A stretch of 64,000 nt of DNA from an uncultured Acidobacteriota bacterium. Its GTDB lineage: Bacteria > Acidobacteriota > Thermoanaerobaculia > UBA5066 > Gp7-AA6. A program made the position numbers and the translations under genes. The notes under the pieces were generated by a model that saw nothing but the letters and a program-made list of their open reading frames with translations, searched no databases and was not told where the DNA came from. The DNA is taken from assembly GCA_963764715.1 (NCBI GenBank), contig CAVXTP010000022.1, positions 320,001-384,000 on the forward strand, in the 5' to 3' direction. Of the stretch, positions 1 through 9,777 are shown piece by piece (position 1 is the first letter of the stretch; each line of letters opens with the position of its first letter).

Positions 1-637
1 TGAGGCGGAAGTTCTCCTGCGTGGCGTAGGTCCCGCCGAAGCCCGAAGTCGTCGCGCCGTAGGGCACGTGGTCGAGGAGCGACTGCGCCGTCGAGCGGAT
101 GACGGCGATGCACTGCGCGCCGGCCCGCGCCGCGGCCTCGGCCTGGACCACGTCCTCGTGGATGTTGCCGGTCGCGACGATCGCGTAGAGGAGAGGGAGC
201 TCCTCCGGCGGATGGCTCGCCTGCCGGCGCTCCCGCTCGGCGCGGTTGGCGCGCACGCGGGCGAGCGTCGACTCGACGTGGCGGGCGACGGCGTCCCGCC
301 AACGGGGGTGCTCCGCCTGGGCCTCGGCCCGGCGGGGGTCCGAGAGCCGGGCCGCGGCTTCCGCGACCGTCGAAGCGTCCGAGGCGAGTGCGCTTCCCAT
401 CCACACGGCGGCGCCGCGTCCGAGCTTGCCGCACTCCTGGAGGGCCTCGACGACGCGGTTGGGAACCGGGACCTCCTCGGCGTCGACGCCGTCGACTCCG
501 AGCAGGCGCAGGACCGTCCGTTCGGTCGCGACGGTGGTGAAGGGCTCGGTCTCGAGGCGGACGCCGTCGGCGACCTGCCGGCCGAGACGCCGGCAGTCCT
601 CGATCGTTTCTCGAGAGAGGCCCAGTTTCGAGGCCAT
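1..637 (-). CDS. kamD: D-lysine/beta-lysine 5,6-aminomutase alpha subunit (partial; runs off the window)
   Basis: Hand translation from ATG 637: MASKLGLSRETIEDCRRLG...TTVATERTVLRLLGVDG...LYAIVATGNIHEDVVQAEAAARAGAQCIAVIRSTAQSLLDHVPYGATTSGFGGTYATQENFR, matching KamD motifs; kdd is nearby. Not in the ORF track because the stop is outside the window. Confidence 0.93.
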   Translation of the reverse strand, partial: MASKLGLSRETIEDCRRLGRQVADGVRLETEPFTTVATERTVLRLLGVDGVDAEEVPVPNRVVEALQECGKLGRGAAVWMGSALASDASTVAEAAARLSDPRRAEAQAEHPRWRDAVARHVESTLARVRANRAERERRQASHPPEELPLLYAIVATGNIHEDVVQAEAAARAGAQCIAVIRSTAQSLLDHVPYGATTSGFGGTYATQENFRL

Positions 638-665
638 CGGCGGCGAAAGTATAGCCGCCCCGATT

Positions 666-1571
666 CTATGACCGGAGGTCAGCGACGAGATCGAAGATCG
701 GCGGCCCGGGGATCTCGCGGGCGACGGCCTCGAGGAACTTCGCGGCCGGCAAGGGCGGACGCGCCGGCGCCGTGGGGTTGACGGTCACGGCCAGGAGACG
801 CGCGGGACGCCGCACCGCGAGCGCGACGCCGGTCTCCGCGAGCCGGCGGCGAAACCCGGGGGAGAGGAAGTACGCCGTGAAGTCCTCGCCGACGAGGGTG
901 TCGCCGGGCGCCGGGGGGTCTTCGCCGAGCGCGAGCTCGGTGATCGCGCCCGGCCGCTCCCGGACCCGGGCGCCGGGCGCCGGAGGCCCGAGGCCGATGA
1001 GCTCGGCGGCCGACCGCGCCGCCGCGAGGACCGACGGGAGCGAGTCGCCGGCCGACATGCCGACCGAAAGAACGATGCCGTCGCAGACCCGCCCGGCCGC
1101 GAAGGCCCGGCGGCCGACGGCGCCGTCGAGAAGAACGACGGCCGCGCCCGCGGCCTCGAGCTCCGCCGCGGTGCGCGCGAGCTCCGAGGCGGTGGACGGA
1201 CCGATGACCTCGAGCTCGCCTTCGCCCTCGGCCCGGCGAAGCTCCACCGGACCGAACCGCGTCGCGAAGGGGAGGGTCGCGATCGGCGCCAGGGGAAACG
1301 CGGCCGCCTCGAACGTCGTTCGGGCCGAGGCGACGAGCTGCCCGGGAAAGACGCGGAACCGGGGCTTGGGCTCTCCCGTGATCGCGTCGAACTCCTCGCC
1401 GTCCCGTCCCGCCGAGGTCGTGGCCGCGGGAACGCCCGCGCGATGAAGCTCGGCGAGAACGGCCGTGAGGGCGGTCGTCTTGCCGGCGTTCTTGGCGAGA
1501 CCGAGAAAGGCGATGCGCCGCGCGCCGGACTCGCGCAGGAGCGAGGCCAGGGCCTGCGCGGCGACGCTCAC
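666..1571 (-). CDS. P-loop protein, probable lysine 5,6-aminomutase reactivase subunit KamB-like
   Basis: GTG 1571 lies just after the kdd stop; N-terminal IAFLGLAKNAGKTT, later GRDGE and LLDGAVGRR; position between kdd and kamD matches kam clusters. Confidence 0.6.
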   Translation of the reverse strand: MSVAAQALASLLRESGARRIAFLGLAKNAGKTTALTAVLAELHRAGVPAATTSAGRDGEEFDAITGEPKPRFRVFPGQLVASARTTFEAAAFPLAPIATLPFATRFGPVELRRAEGEGELEVIGPSTASELARTAAELEAAGAAVVLLDGAVGRRAFAAGRVCDGIVLSVGMSAGDSLPSVLAAARSAAELIGLGPPAPGARVRERPGAITELALGEDPPAPGDTLVGEDFTAYFLSPGFRRRLAETGVALAVRRPARLLAVTVNPTAPARPPLPAAKFLEAVAREIPGPPIFDLVADLRS

Positions 1572-1575
1572 GCGC

Positions 1576-2622
1576 TCACGCGCCCGGCCGGCCCGCGAGG
1601 TCCGCGAAGGCCCGGGCGAGCGCGGGATGGCGGCGAAGGAGGTCGAGAGCGAGGCCGTCGTGGCCGGGAACGAAGCCGTTCCCGATCGCGAGCCGCGTGG
1701 GCTTCGCGAGGCCCTCGGCGCCGAGGGCGGCGGCCGAGAACGACGTCGCCATGCCGAAGAACACGACGGTGCCGTCGTCCCGGGCGCAGAGGACGCTCGC
1801 GGCCTCGGTCCCCGAGGCGTTGGCGACGTTGACGACGAGGTCCGCCAGCCCGCCGGAGGTCGCAGTCTCGATCGCCGAGAGCATGGCCACCGGATCGCGG
1901 GCGTCGACCGAGAAGACCTCGTCGGCGAAGCCGAGGCCCCGGGCGCGGTCGGCGGCCGCCCGGCCCGGCTCGACCGCGAGGACACGCCCGTTTCCGCCGA
2001 CGGCCTCGCGCGCCGCCGCCAGGCACAGGAGACCCGCCTTGCCCGTCCCGATGACGAGGATGGTCTGCCCGGCCTTCGCGTCGCGCCGGACCGCGGCGGG
2101 CGCGCCGGCGACGTCGAAGGCGGCGAGCGCGACCTCCTCCGGGAAATCGTCGGGAAGGCGGGCGAAGAGCGTGCGCGCGAAGAGGATCGCCGTGCCGCGG
2201 GCCTCCACGCGCTCGGTCTCGACGTGCACCGCGCCGATCGAGTCCAGGGACAGGGGCGTCAGGGTCAGGGAGACGAGGGTCGCGATCGGCGTGCCGGGGA
2301 GGAGGTTGCCGGCGGCGGGGTGGCGGGGACCGACCGTCGCGACCTCGCCGAGAAGCATGCCGCCCGAGCCCGTGACCGGGTTCTGCATCTTGCCGCGCTC
2401 GCGCACGATGCGGACGATCTGGTCGCGCACGGTCTCGCCCGTCGAGGCCTCCGCCTCGCGGAGCTGCCGGAACGAGGCGGAGTCGATCGAGAGCGCGCGC
2501 ACCGAAACGGCGATCTCGTTCTCGAGCGCGCGCGGCGTCGCGTCGAGGCGCCGCGCCAGCTGCGGAAGGACGCCCGGGGGATCGAGCGAGCGGTGGAGCC
2601 CGAAGGGATGGGGCGCCGTCAT
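1576..2622 (-). CDS. kdd: L-erythro-3,5-diaminohexanoate dehydrogenase
   Basis: FGLHR..DPPGVLPQ, IDSASFRQ, RGKMQNPVTGSGGMLLG, TLVSLTLTPL, FFGMATSFSAAALGAEG; Rossmann-type GTGKAG. Confidence 0.93.
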   Translation of the reverse strand: MTAPHPFGLHRSLDPPGVLPQLARRLDATPRALENEIAVSVRALSIDSASFRQLREAEASTGETVRDQIVRIVRERGKMQNPVTGSGGMLLGEVATVGPRHPAAGNLLPGTPIATLVSLTLTPLSLDSIGAVHVETERVEARGTAILFARTLFARLPDDFPEEVALAAFDVAGAPAAVRRDAKAGQTILVIGTGKAGLLCLAAAREAVGGNGRVLAVEPGRAAADRARGLGFADEVFSVDARDPVAMLSAIETATSGGLADLVVNVANASGTEAASVLCARDDGTVVFFGMATSFSAAALGAEGLAKPTRLAIGNGFVPGHDGLALDLLRRHPALARAFADLAGRPGA

Positions 2623-2632
2623 CGGGCCCGCG

Positions 2633-3436
2633 TCACGGCACGAGGCCGACGATCCGCAGGGGCCCGCCCGAGCCCCCGGCGATCTTCATCGGAAGGGCGA
2701 TGACCCAGGCGCCCCATTCCGGAAGGTCCTCGAGGTGGGCGACGTTCTCGAGGCCGAAGACGTCGGCCCCGTTCGCGATGACGTGGACGACGAAGTCCCT
2801 GGACGCGCCGTAGTCGATCGAGGCCGTGTCGACCCCGAGCGCTCCGACCTTGCGCTCCGACACGAGATAGCGGGCCGCCTCCTCGCCGTAGGACGGGAAG
2901 TGGAGCTTCGAGGCGTCGCCCGGCGTGTCGTCGCCGAGGTAGGCCTTGCGGTCGGGCCAGCGGGCGCTCCACCCGGTCCGCAGGAGGACGATGGCGCCGG
3001 CGGGCACCGGGCCGTGGGCCTTCTCCCAGGCCTTCACGTCCTCGAGTCGAAGGCGGTAGTCCGGATTCTTCGCGGCCGCGTCGCGGACGTCGATCACGGC
3101 GGCCGGCGCGATGAGGCGCCGGACGGGGATCTTGTCGGCCGTCTGGCCGGCCTCGGCGAAGTGGCTCGGCGCGTCGAGGTGCGTCCCGCCGTGCTCGGGC
3201 GTGCAGAAGGTGTTCGACCGGTAGAACCAGCCGCCCGGCGTTTTCCCGTCCGCGAGCGACTTGAGCTCGAAGGCCGAGGGCGAGGTCGGCCAGTAGAGCG
3301 TCTTGTCGTCGAAGGGATGCGTCAGGTCGACGACCTTCGCCGTCGCGAGGTCGGGCGGCTTCGGCGAGCCGGCGGCCGACGCGGAGGCGGCGGCGGCGAG
3401 AATCGCGGCGATCGCGAGGGCGCGGCGCATGATCAC
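2633..3436 (-). CDS. Cyclase family (kynurenine formamidase-like) metal hydrolase with signal peptide
   Basis: VVDLTHP, EHGGTHLDAPSHF, LRTGWS, GVDTASID, GLENV, GGSGGPLR; Ala-rich signal peptide. Confidence 0.88.
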   Translation of the reverse strand: MIMRRALAIAAILAAAASASAAGSPKPPDLATAKVVDLTHPFDDKTLYWPTSPSAFELKSLADGKTPGGWFYRSNTFCTPEHGGTHLDAPSHFAEAGQTADKIPVRRLIAPAAVIDVRDAAAKNPDYRLRLEDVKAWEKAHGPVPAGAIVLLRTGWSARWPDRKAYLGDDTPGDASKLHFPSYGEEAARYLVSERKVGALGVDTASIDYGASRDFVVHVIANGADVFGLENVAHLEDLPEWGAWVIALPMKIAGGSGGPLRIVGLVP

Positions 3437-4368
3437 TCCTCGGCGGCGCCGCCCGCCCGGGCGAGCTGCTCGGGCTTGACGGACTCCGCCTTGAACTTCC
3501 TGGCCGAGGCCAGCATCTTGTCGAGCGTCTCGTCGAAGTCGGCCTTCGCGCCCCGCTGGAACCGGAGCGGGTTGATGCGCGCGACGACGAAGGTCCGCAG
3601 GTACGGGCTGTCGAAGCCCTTCTCCTTGAGCGCCTTCATCGCGGCCGCGACGGCCTCCTCGAGCTCCATGAGCCTCGCCGCGCGTTCGGCCCGGACCTCG
3701 AGCGACTTCGCGAGCGGCTTGGCGAGAAACGCGTCGACGCGCTTCAGGAGCGGATGGTAGGCGCCGCCGGCGAAGCGGCCGTTCTTCTCGTAACAGACGC
3801 CGAGCGTCAGGAACGCGGCCTCCTCGAACTCGAGCGCGTAGTCCTTCTCGGCGAGATCGCCGGCGGCGAGGTCGCGCGCCATGCGGATGACCTCGAGCGA
3901 CTTCTCCCGGAGGTTGTGGGCCTTCTCGGTGTTCAAGGCCAGGATTTTGTAGGCGATCTCGGGCTCGGGGAGGACGAGCGCGGTGATGGAGCGGGCGCCG
4001 AGGTTGCGTAGCGCCGCGAGGCGGTGGTGCCCGTTGGGCGTCCGGTACACGCCGTCGCTTCCGCGCACCGCGATGATCGGGTCGAGGAAACGGCCGAGGG
4101 CGTCGATCACGCCCGTGAGGCGCTTGACGTGCGACTCCGAGAGGTCACGCTGGAAGGCCGTCGGCTCGACCTTCTCGATGGGGAGCGAGGCGAGGAGCTG
4201 CCAGTGCCCGCCGAGAGGATCGCGGTAGAGCGCCAGGGCCGCGCCGCCGTCCCCGCGGACCGCGTCGGCGAGCGCCGCCGCCGCCGGGGGTGGCGTTCCC
4301 GCCGCCGCTTCGGCGGCTTCGAGGCCGCGGGACTTCGAGTCGGCCTTCTTGCGTCGCTTGCCGGCCAT
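3433..4368 (-). CDS. ParB/sulfiredoxin N-terminal domain protein
   Basis: PIEKVEPTAFQRDLS, FLDPIIAV, TPNGHHRLAALR (ParB/Srx GxxR box); start chosen at MAGKRRKK. Confidence 0.8.
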   Translation of the reverse strand: MAGKRRKKADSKSRGLEAAEAAAGTPPPAAAALADAVRGDGGAALALYRDPLGGHWQLLASLPIEKVEPTAFQRDLSESHVKRLTGVIDALGRFLDPIIAVRGSDGVYRTPNGHHRLAALRNLGARSITALVLPEPEIAYKILALNTEKAHNLREKSLEVIRMARDLAAGDLAEKDYALEFEEAAFLTLGVCYEKNGRFAGGAYHPLLKRVDAFLAKPLAKSLEVRAERAARLMELEEAVAAAMKALKEKGFDSPYLRTFVVARINPLRFQRGAKADFDETLDKMLASARKFKAESVKPEQLARAGGAAEE

Positions 4369-4422
4369 GCGAGCGGATGCTTTCACGGGTCGGCGGCCCG
4401 CGTCGAGGCCTCGTCGGAGCTT

Positions 4423-6630
4423 CTACCAGGCGATCAGGCCGTCGGCCGCCTGCTCCTGCAGGTACCGTTCGACCATCGCCGGCGTCGTCTCCCCGTAGTA
4501 CCACCAGCCGGCAGCGAGCGCCTCGGCGCAGACGCGTCGGGCGATCTCCGCGGCGTTCGTCCTGCCGTCGATCCAGGCCATGGCGGCCGTGCCCATGAGG
4601 GCCGAGAGCTTCGGGGAATCGTCGCCGGTCGGGACGGGAGCGGTCTTCGCGCCGGCTTTCGGGTTCCGCCGCGCGGCCTCGGCGGCCTCCCGGCGCTCGC
4701 GCTCGGCGCGCTTGTCGGCGGCGCGTTTGTCGGCCACGCGCTTCTCGAGGGCCATCCACGCGTCGAGCGTCGTCACGGCGAAGCGGGGCGTCCGGGTCGC
4801 GAGGCGCGCGAGCACCGGGTCCTCCGCCGACGGGCGGGCCGGAAGGCGCGCGGCGAGGGCGGTTCCCGTCGCCCGGACGGCCTCGGCGCTCGCGGTGACC
4901 GCGGACCCGGAATCGGCCCCGATCGACCGGGCGGACTCGACGGCCGCCGCCTCGATCCCGGCCGCGACCGCGAGGAGGTCCGCGGCCGCCCGCCGGCGCT
5001 CGTCGTCGGTGCCTTTTCCGTCGCGCAGCCAGGTCTGGGCGGCGGCGAGGTTCGCCGCCAGGCGCCCGCTTGCCCGCGCGGAGACGAAGGCCGCGAGGAA
5101 CGGGACGTCCTTCGCGTCGGCGTTGGCGAGCCACCAGGCCGTCGCCGCGACCACGAAGGCGTTGCGCTTCAACTGCGTCGGGTCGATCTGCCACAGGTCG
5201 TCCCCGGAGGAGTGGATGTACTCGTCCGGCCAGTTGGTCAGCGTCGTGCCGGGCACCTTCACCCATGGATCGTTGAACACGAGGTGGTCGGTCGAGTCGA
5301 AGTAGGGGACCGCCTTCGCGCGGTAGGGCTCCCGCGTTCCGAGGCGCGAAAGGATCGGCTTCGAGAAGGGCGAACCGGCCGGCGGCGTCTGCGCCTGCCA
5401 GGCGGCCAGGTACGCGTTGTTCCCCTCGACGACGGCTTCGAGGATGCTCTGCTGGACGTCGGAGAGGAAGGACGGCCGAGACCACGGCGTGCGGGCCATG
5501 TACTCCGTGCGGTGCCCGTCGGACTGCTTCGCGCCGACCATGTCCTGGTTGAGGTTGGCGAGGAACGTCTTCTCCTCGCCGGGATGGTCGGCAAAGTACC
5601 GGTACTCGGAATAGATCTCGTCGGCCCACCAGAAGCGGATCCCGCGGCGGGGGCGGGGGAGCTTGCCGTCGGCGATCAGCCGCGTCAGCGCGCGGCCGAT
5701 CTCGAGCACGTTCGCGACGCCGGACTGGTCGTCGTTGGCCGAGAACTTCTCCTCCTGGAGGTGCGCCGTCAGGACGATCTCCGGGAGCGAGGGATCGGTG
5801 CCCGGGATGCGCGCCTCGACCATCGCGGTCTTGCGCTCGGGCAGGACGACCGAGTCGATCGCGACGCGGACGTTCATGGGCTGCGGGGGCTTCGCCTCGC
5901 CCGCGCCCCAGCGACGCGCTTCCTCGCCCCGCATCCGGTCGGACAGGGCCTTGCCCTGGCGGGCCGAAATCACGATCGCGAAGGTCGTCTTCTCGCCCTT
6001 CGGGCCGTCGTGGTCGGGGACCGAGGTCCATCCGACCTGGTCGGCCGAGTCGGCGAGGGCGTTGAGGCGCGAAGAGGACCACGAGAGGATCCCCGCCGCC
6101 CCGCGCTTCCAGACGGCCTGCTCCATGACGAGCCCGACGCTGCCGTAGGCCAGGACGATCCTGCCGCGCACGTCCTTGCCGGTGTAGTCGGCCGGGGTCT
6201 CGCCCGCGCCCACGTCGACGAGCTCGGCCGTGACGGACGCCGGTCGGGAGTTGTCGGCGATCGACGTCGCGACCTCGGCATAGGACGCGATCTTCGTTTC
6301 GACCTGGCTCCCGGAAGGGCCCTCGAGAAGCCAGGCCTCGGCGCTCCGGCAGGTCCAGTTGGGCTCCTGTGCGACCTGGTCGATCCAGCGGACGTTCTGG
6401 AGCCCCGCCGCCTTCGCCCGGGCTTCGACCTCGCGGGCGACCGCGAAGAACCCCTCCGAGCCGGAGGGCTTGTGCCACTGCGTCGTGATGCGGAGGGTCT
6501 CGAAGGCGAGGTCGCCCGAGAGCTCGTTGACGAGCGCCCGTTCGGTCTTCGCGTCGACGAAGGGCGAGCTCTGGGCGAGACCGACGACGGGCAGGAGGAT
6601 GGCGAGGATACCGAGGACCGTCTTACGCAT
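4423..6630 (-). CDS. Secreted M28 family peptidase with PA domain
   Basis: Signal peptide; ELVDVGAG...DYTGKDVRGRIVL (PA domain); LTAHL, SANDDQSG, WWADEI, NLNQDMVG, STDH, YIHSSGD. Confidence 0.85.
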   Translation of the reverse strand: MRKTVLGILAILLPVVGLAQSSPFVDAKTERALVNELSGDLAFETLRITTQWHKPSGSEGFFAVAREVEARAKAAGLQNVRWIDQVAQEPNWTCRSAEAWLLEGPSGSQVETKIASYAEVATSIADNSRPASVTAELVDVGAGETPADYTGKDVRGRIVLAYGSVGLVMEQAVWKRGAAGILSWSSSRLNALADSADQVGWTSVPDHDGPKGEKTTFAIVISARQGKALSDRMRGEEARRWGAGEAKPPQPMNVRVAIDSVVLPERKTAMVEARIPGTDPSLPEIVLTAHLQEEKFSANDDQSGVANVLEIGRALTRLIADGKLPRPRRGIRFWWADEIYSEYRYFADHPGEEKTFLANLNQDMVGAKQSDGHRTEYMARTPWSRPSFLSDVQQSILEAVVEGNNAYLAAWQAQTPPAGSPFSKPILSRLGTREPYRAKAVPYFDSTDHLVFNDPWVKVPGTTLTNWPDEYIHSSGDDLWQIDPTQLKRNAFVVAATAWWLANADAKDVPFLAAFVSARASGRLAANLAAAQTWLRDGKGTDDERRRAAADLLAVAAGIEAAAVESARSIGADSGSAVTASAEAVRATGTALAARLPARPSAEDPVLARLATRTPRFAVTTLDAWMALEKRVADKRAADKRAERERREAAEAARRNPKAGAKTAPVPTGDDSPKLSALMGTAAMAWIDGRTNAAEIARRVCAEALAAGWWYYGETTPAMVERYLQEQAADGLIAW

Positions 6631-6699
6631 GTTCGCTCCGCTTCAAGATTGTCTGGGCGCGAACTCTACCCCACGTCCCCGGCGGGCGGACGGTGTGCG

Positions 6700-7758
6700 T
6701 CAGCGCATCTTGATCTGCGCGTAGGCGCCCTTGACGACCCCGTCGAAGGTGCCGTCGAAGGCCTCGCCCTCCTCGACGCTCGTGCCGGCGAACCGCGTGC
6801 GCCAGGCCTCGACGTCGAAGCTCTTCGGGAAACCGTCCTGCACTTCCTCGAGCGTCCTGCCGGCGTCGACTTCCTTCTCCATGGCGGCGTCGACGGCCTC
6901 GAGAAACTCGGCGACCTGGAAGACGTACGCCTTGTCCCGCAGGATCTCGCCGTGGCCAGGCACGATCGTCTGCGCGTCGAGCTCGGCCATCGCCCGGAGC
7001 GTCTTCGGATGGTCGACCGGGAATCCGCCGAAGAGGTACGGAACCGGGTGCACCAGGAGGTCGCCCGTGATCAGGATCTTCTCCTTCGGAAGGTACGCGA
7101 TGGCGTCGCCCGCCGTGTTGCCGCGGCCGAGGAACCGGAGCTCGACCAGGCGGTTTCCGAGGTCGATCGCGAGCTCCTTGTCGAACGCGACGTTCGGCGG
7201 GACCTGGACCGCGTCGCGGAACTCGGCCACGACCGGAGCGAGGCCGGCGAGCGAGCGCTCGTAGTCCTTGCGGTCGCCCTCCGAGAGGGGCCGGCCGTCG
7301 GGCCCCTTTCCCGAATCGAGGATCTTGCGGAAGCGCTCGGCGCGCGACGGATAGCGCACCAGGACGCCCGGGTTATAGCCGGCGATCGTCCGCTGGGTCG
7401 GCCGCGTCGCGACGATCTGGACGGCCGGGAAGGCCGCCCGGTAGGTCGCGTTTCCGAGCGTGTGGTCGAAGTGCCAGTGGGTGTTGAGGAGCCAGGTCAC
7501 GGGCTTGTCGGTCCACTCGTGGATCTGCGCGACGTCCTCCCGCGCGGTCGAGGGCAGGAGGGCCGAGTCGACGACGAGGACGCCGCGGTCCCCGATCACG
7601 ACCGTCGTGTTGCTCTGGGGGAAGGTGTCGGGAGCGTCCGGGTGGCGGATCTCGTAGACGCCGTCGGCGAGCTTCGTGACGGTCCGGGTCTTCGTCGCGG
7701 TCGTGTCGGCCCGCAGAACGGCCGCGGCGGACAGGAGCAGCAGGAAAGCGCGTTTCAT
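6700..7758 (-). CDS. Secreted MBL-fold metallo-hydrolase
   Basis: Signal peptide MKRAFLLLL; NTHWHFDHTLGN, GNTAGD, TGDLL, VPGHG. Confidence 0.88.
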   Translation of the reverse strand: MKRAFLLLLSAAAVLRADTTATKTRTVTKLADGVYEIRHPDAPDTFPQSNTTVVIGDRGVLVVDSALLPSTAREDVAQIHEWTDKPVTWLLNTHWHFDHTLGNATYRAAFPAVQIVATRPTQRTIAGYNPGVLVRYPSRAERFRKILDSGKGPDGRPLSEGDRKDYERSLAGLAPVVAEFRDAVQVPPNVAFDKELAIDLGNRLVELRFLGRGNTAGDAIAYLPKEKILITGDLLVHPVPYLFGGFPVDHPKTLRAMAELDAQTIVPGHGEILRDKAYVFQVAEFLEAVDAAMEKEVDAGRTLEEVQDGFPKSFDVEAWRTRFAGTSVEEGEAFDGTFDGVVKGAYAQIKMR

Positions 7759-7858
7759 CTTTCGTCCCCTCTCGAACGGCATCGGCCGCCCGAATCCTGG
7801 ACGAGTCACCGCCCCTGCGCGCCGTCTTCGGGACGAACCCTCCGTTCGGAGCGTCGAG

Positions 7859-9733
7859 TCAGTCGAGCGTCAGGATGAGGAGGGTGCGGTCGTCGTCGGC
7901 CGGCCGGTCCCCGGTGTGGGCGCGGAGCGCCGCGAGCAGGGCGTCGCGCATCGCCGCGGCTCCGTCGGCGGCGTGCCGGGCGAGCAGCGCTTCGAGCCGT
8001 TCGAAGCCGAAGGCTTCGTCGTCTCCGTCCACGGCCTCGACGAAGCCGTCGGTGAGGAATACGACGAGGTCGCCGGCGCTGAACGGGTACTCCTGCGTCG
8101 GGAACGTTCGGTCGGGAAATAGGCCGAGGGGCAGCCCCGGGAGCGAAAGCGATGCGACGCGCCCGTTCGATATCCGGTAGGGAGCCAGCTGCCCGGCGTT
8201 CGTCAGTCGGCCGCGTCGGGTCGCAGGATCGTAGGCGAGCAGGGCCAGGGTCATGAAATGCCGGGGGTCCGTCGAGCGGTGGATGAGCTCGTTCATCCGG
8301 CCGAAGAGCTCGCCGTCCCGATGCCCGGCTTCGAGCAGCGTCGACAGGCCGGCTTTCGCCATGGCCACCAGGAGTCCGGTGGGGAGGCCGTGCCCCGAAA
8401 CGTCGCCGAGGGCGATCGCGGTGCGGCCGTCGCCCATCGGGAGATAGTCGTAATAGTCCCCGCCGATCTCGGCGACCGGCTCGAAATGCGCGAGGACCTG
8501 GAATCCCGGCAGCGCGGCCTCAGGGGGAGGCAGGAGATTGTGCTGGATCGTCCGCGCGATGGCGATCTCGCTCTGGAGTCGCTCCTTCTCGGCGGTCTCC
8601 ACGAGCAGCTTCTGGATCGATTCCGCCATCCCGTCGAACGAGCGGGCCAGGTCGCCGATCTGGTCCCGGGACTTCGACTGGATCCGAATGGAGAAGTCGC
8701 CGCGGGCGATCGCGCCGGCGGCGCGGGTGAGGCGGTTGACGTTCCGCACGAGCGAGCCGACGAGCACGAAGGCGATCGCCAGGGCGGCGAGGTAAACGAC
8801 GAGGAGGATCCCCGAGACCGACACGAACGCGATCCGGAAGGCGCGGTGGATTTCGGCGACGCCCTGCGAGAAGAGCTGCGAGAAGAGCAGGCGGGGCGAG
8901 GTCTTCGCCGTCAGGATCGCGACGTCGTAACGGGGTCCCTCCGGGGCGTCGAGCACCGTCTCGAGGTAGAAGGCGTGGATCCACTCGCGATTCCAGAGGC
9001 CCTCGCCGGGCGGAGGGGCTGCCTGGGGCCGGCGGTCCGCGATTTCCTGGACCCGGGACTCCTTCGGCGGCGGCGTCCTGGTCCGGACCTCGAATCCCTG
9101 GTTGTCCTCGGAGGCCTGCTCCGCCTCGGCGCCGACCTCGTACCCGGTCCGGTCGGCCAGCTCCTGGAGCCACGGAGCGGCCGGATCGGACAGCTCGAGG
9201 AGCCGCGCCTCTCCCCGGCGGTCCGACGGCACCGCGAGCCACAACCGGTCGCCGGACACGAGGAACCCGGGCCGGGCGAGGGCTTCGACCCACGGCGCCG
9301 GATCGCCCTTCTTGAGCCAGGGCACTCCCGAGGCGGTCACGTGGCCCGACGGGGCGCTCACCGCCGGAAGGTCGGCGCGCCGCGCCGCGGCGGCCTCGCC
9401 GACGGCGGTGATCTCGCGCCGCAGCCGGTTCGCCATGTACTGGTGGGCGACGATGTACGAGGCCAGCGAGAGGAGGACCGCGACGAGCGGGATCGGCACG
9501 ACGCCGATGAGAAAGTAGGAGAAGGCCAGCCGCAGCGCCGTCCGGCGCACGACCACGCGGAAGAGGGCGACCGCGCCCCGCCCGAGCAGCACGAGGCACG
9601 CCACGCCGGCGGCGACCGTGAGGAGGGCCGGCGCGCACCCGGCATCGGGGCTCACGCGATGCAGAATCGCCGCGCCGGCCGCGGAGACGGCGAAGACGCC
9701 GAGCCAGACGCGCGTCGATTTCTTGAGGGACAC
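7859..9733 (-). CDS. Membrane PP2C/SpoIIE (RsbU-like) phosphatase with HAMP domain
   Basis: TM helices; HAMP (RLTRAAGAIARGDFS..DQIGDLARSFDGMA); IGGDYYD, GDVSGHG, FLTDGFVEA, DDDRTLL. Confidence 0.9.
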   Translation of the reverse strand: MSLKKSTRVWLGVFAVSAAGAAILHRVSPDAGCAPALLTVAAGVACLVLLGRGAVALFRVVVRRTALRLAFSYFLIGVVPIPLVAVLLSLASYIVAHQYMANRLRREITAVGEAAAARRADLPAVSAPSGHVTASGVPWLKKGDPAPWVEALARPGFLVSGDRLWLAVPSDRRGEARLLELSDPAAPWLQELADRTGYEVGAEAEQASEDNQGFEVRTRTPPPKESRVQEIADRRPQAAPPPGEGLWNREWIHAFYLETVLDAPEGPRYDVAILTAKTSPRLLFSQLFSQGVAEIHRAFRIAFVSVSGILLVVYLAALAIAFVLVGSLVRNVNRLTRAAGAIARGDFSIRIQSKSRDQIGDLARSFDGMAESIQKLLVETAEKERLQSEIAIARTIQHNLLPPPEAALPGFQVLAHFEPVAEIGGDYYDYLPMGDGRTAIALGDVSGHGLPTGLLVAMAKAGLSTLLEAGHRDGELFGRMNELIHRSTDPRHFMTLALLAYDPATRRGRLTNAGQLAPYRISNGRVASLSLPGLPLGLFPDRTFPTQEYPFSAGDLVVFLTDGFVEAVDGDDEAFGFERLEALLARHAADGAAAMRDALLAALRAHTGDRPADDDRTLLILTLD

Positions 9734-9777
9734 CGCGGGCGCATTGTAGCGAGGAGCGGTTTCCGCCTTCGGCTACA

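Noticed and set aside
4024-7878. 1284-aa plus-strand ORF and many similar long Arg/Gly/Pro-rich ORFs (e.g. 17067..20408, 40064..42814)
   Set aside because: They are antisense or alternative-frame shadows of well-supported genes and have no recognisable motifs.
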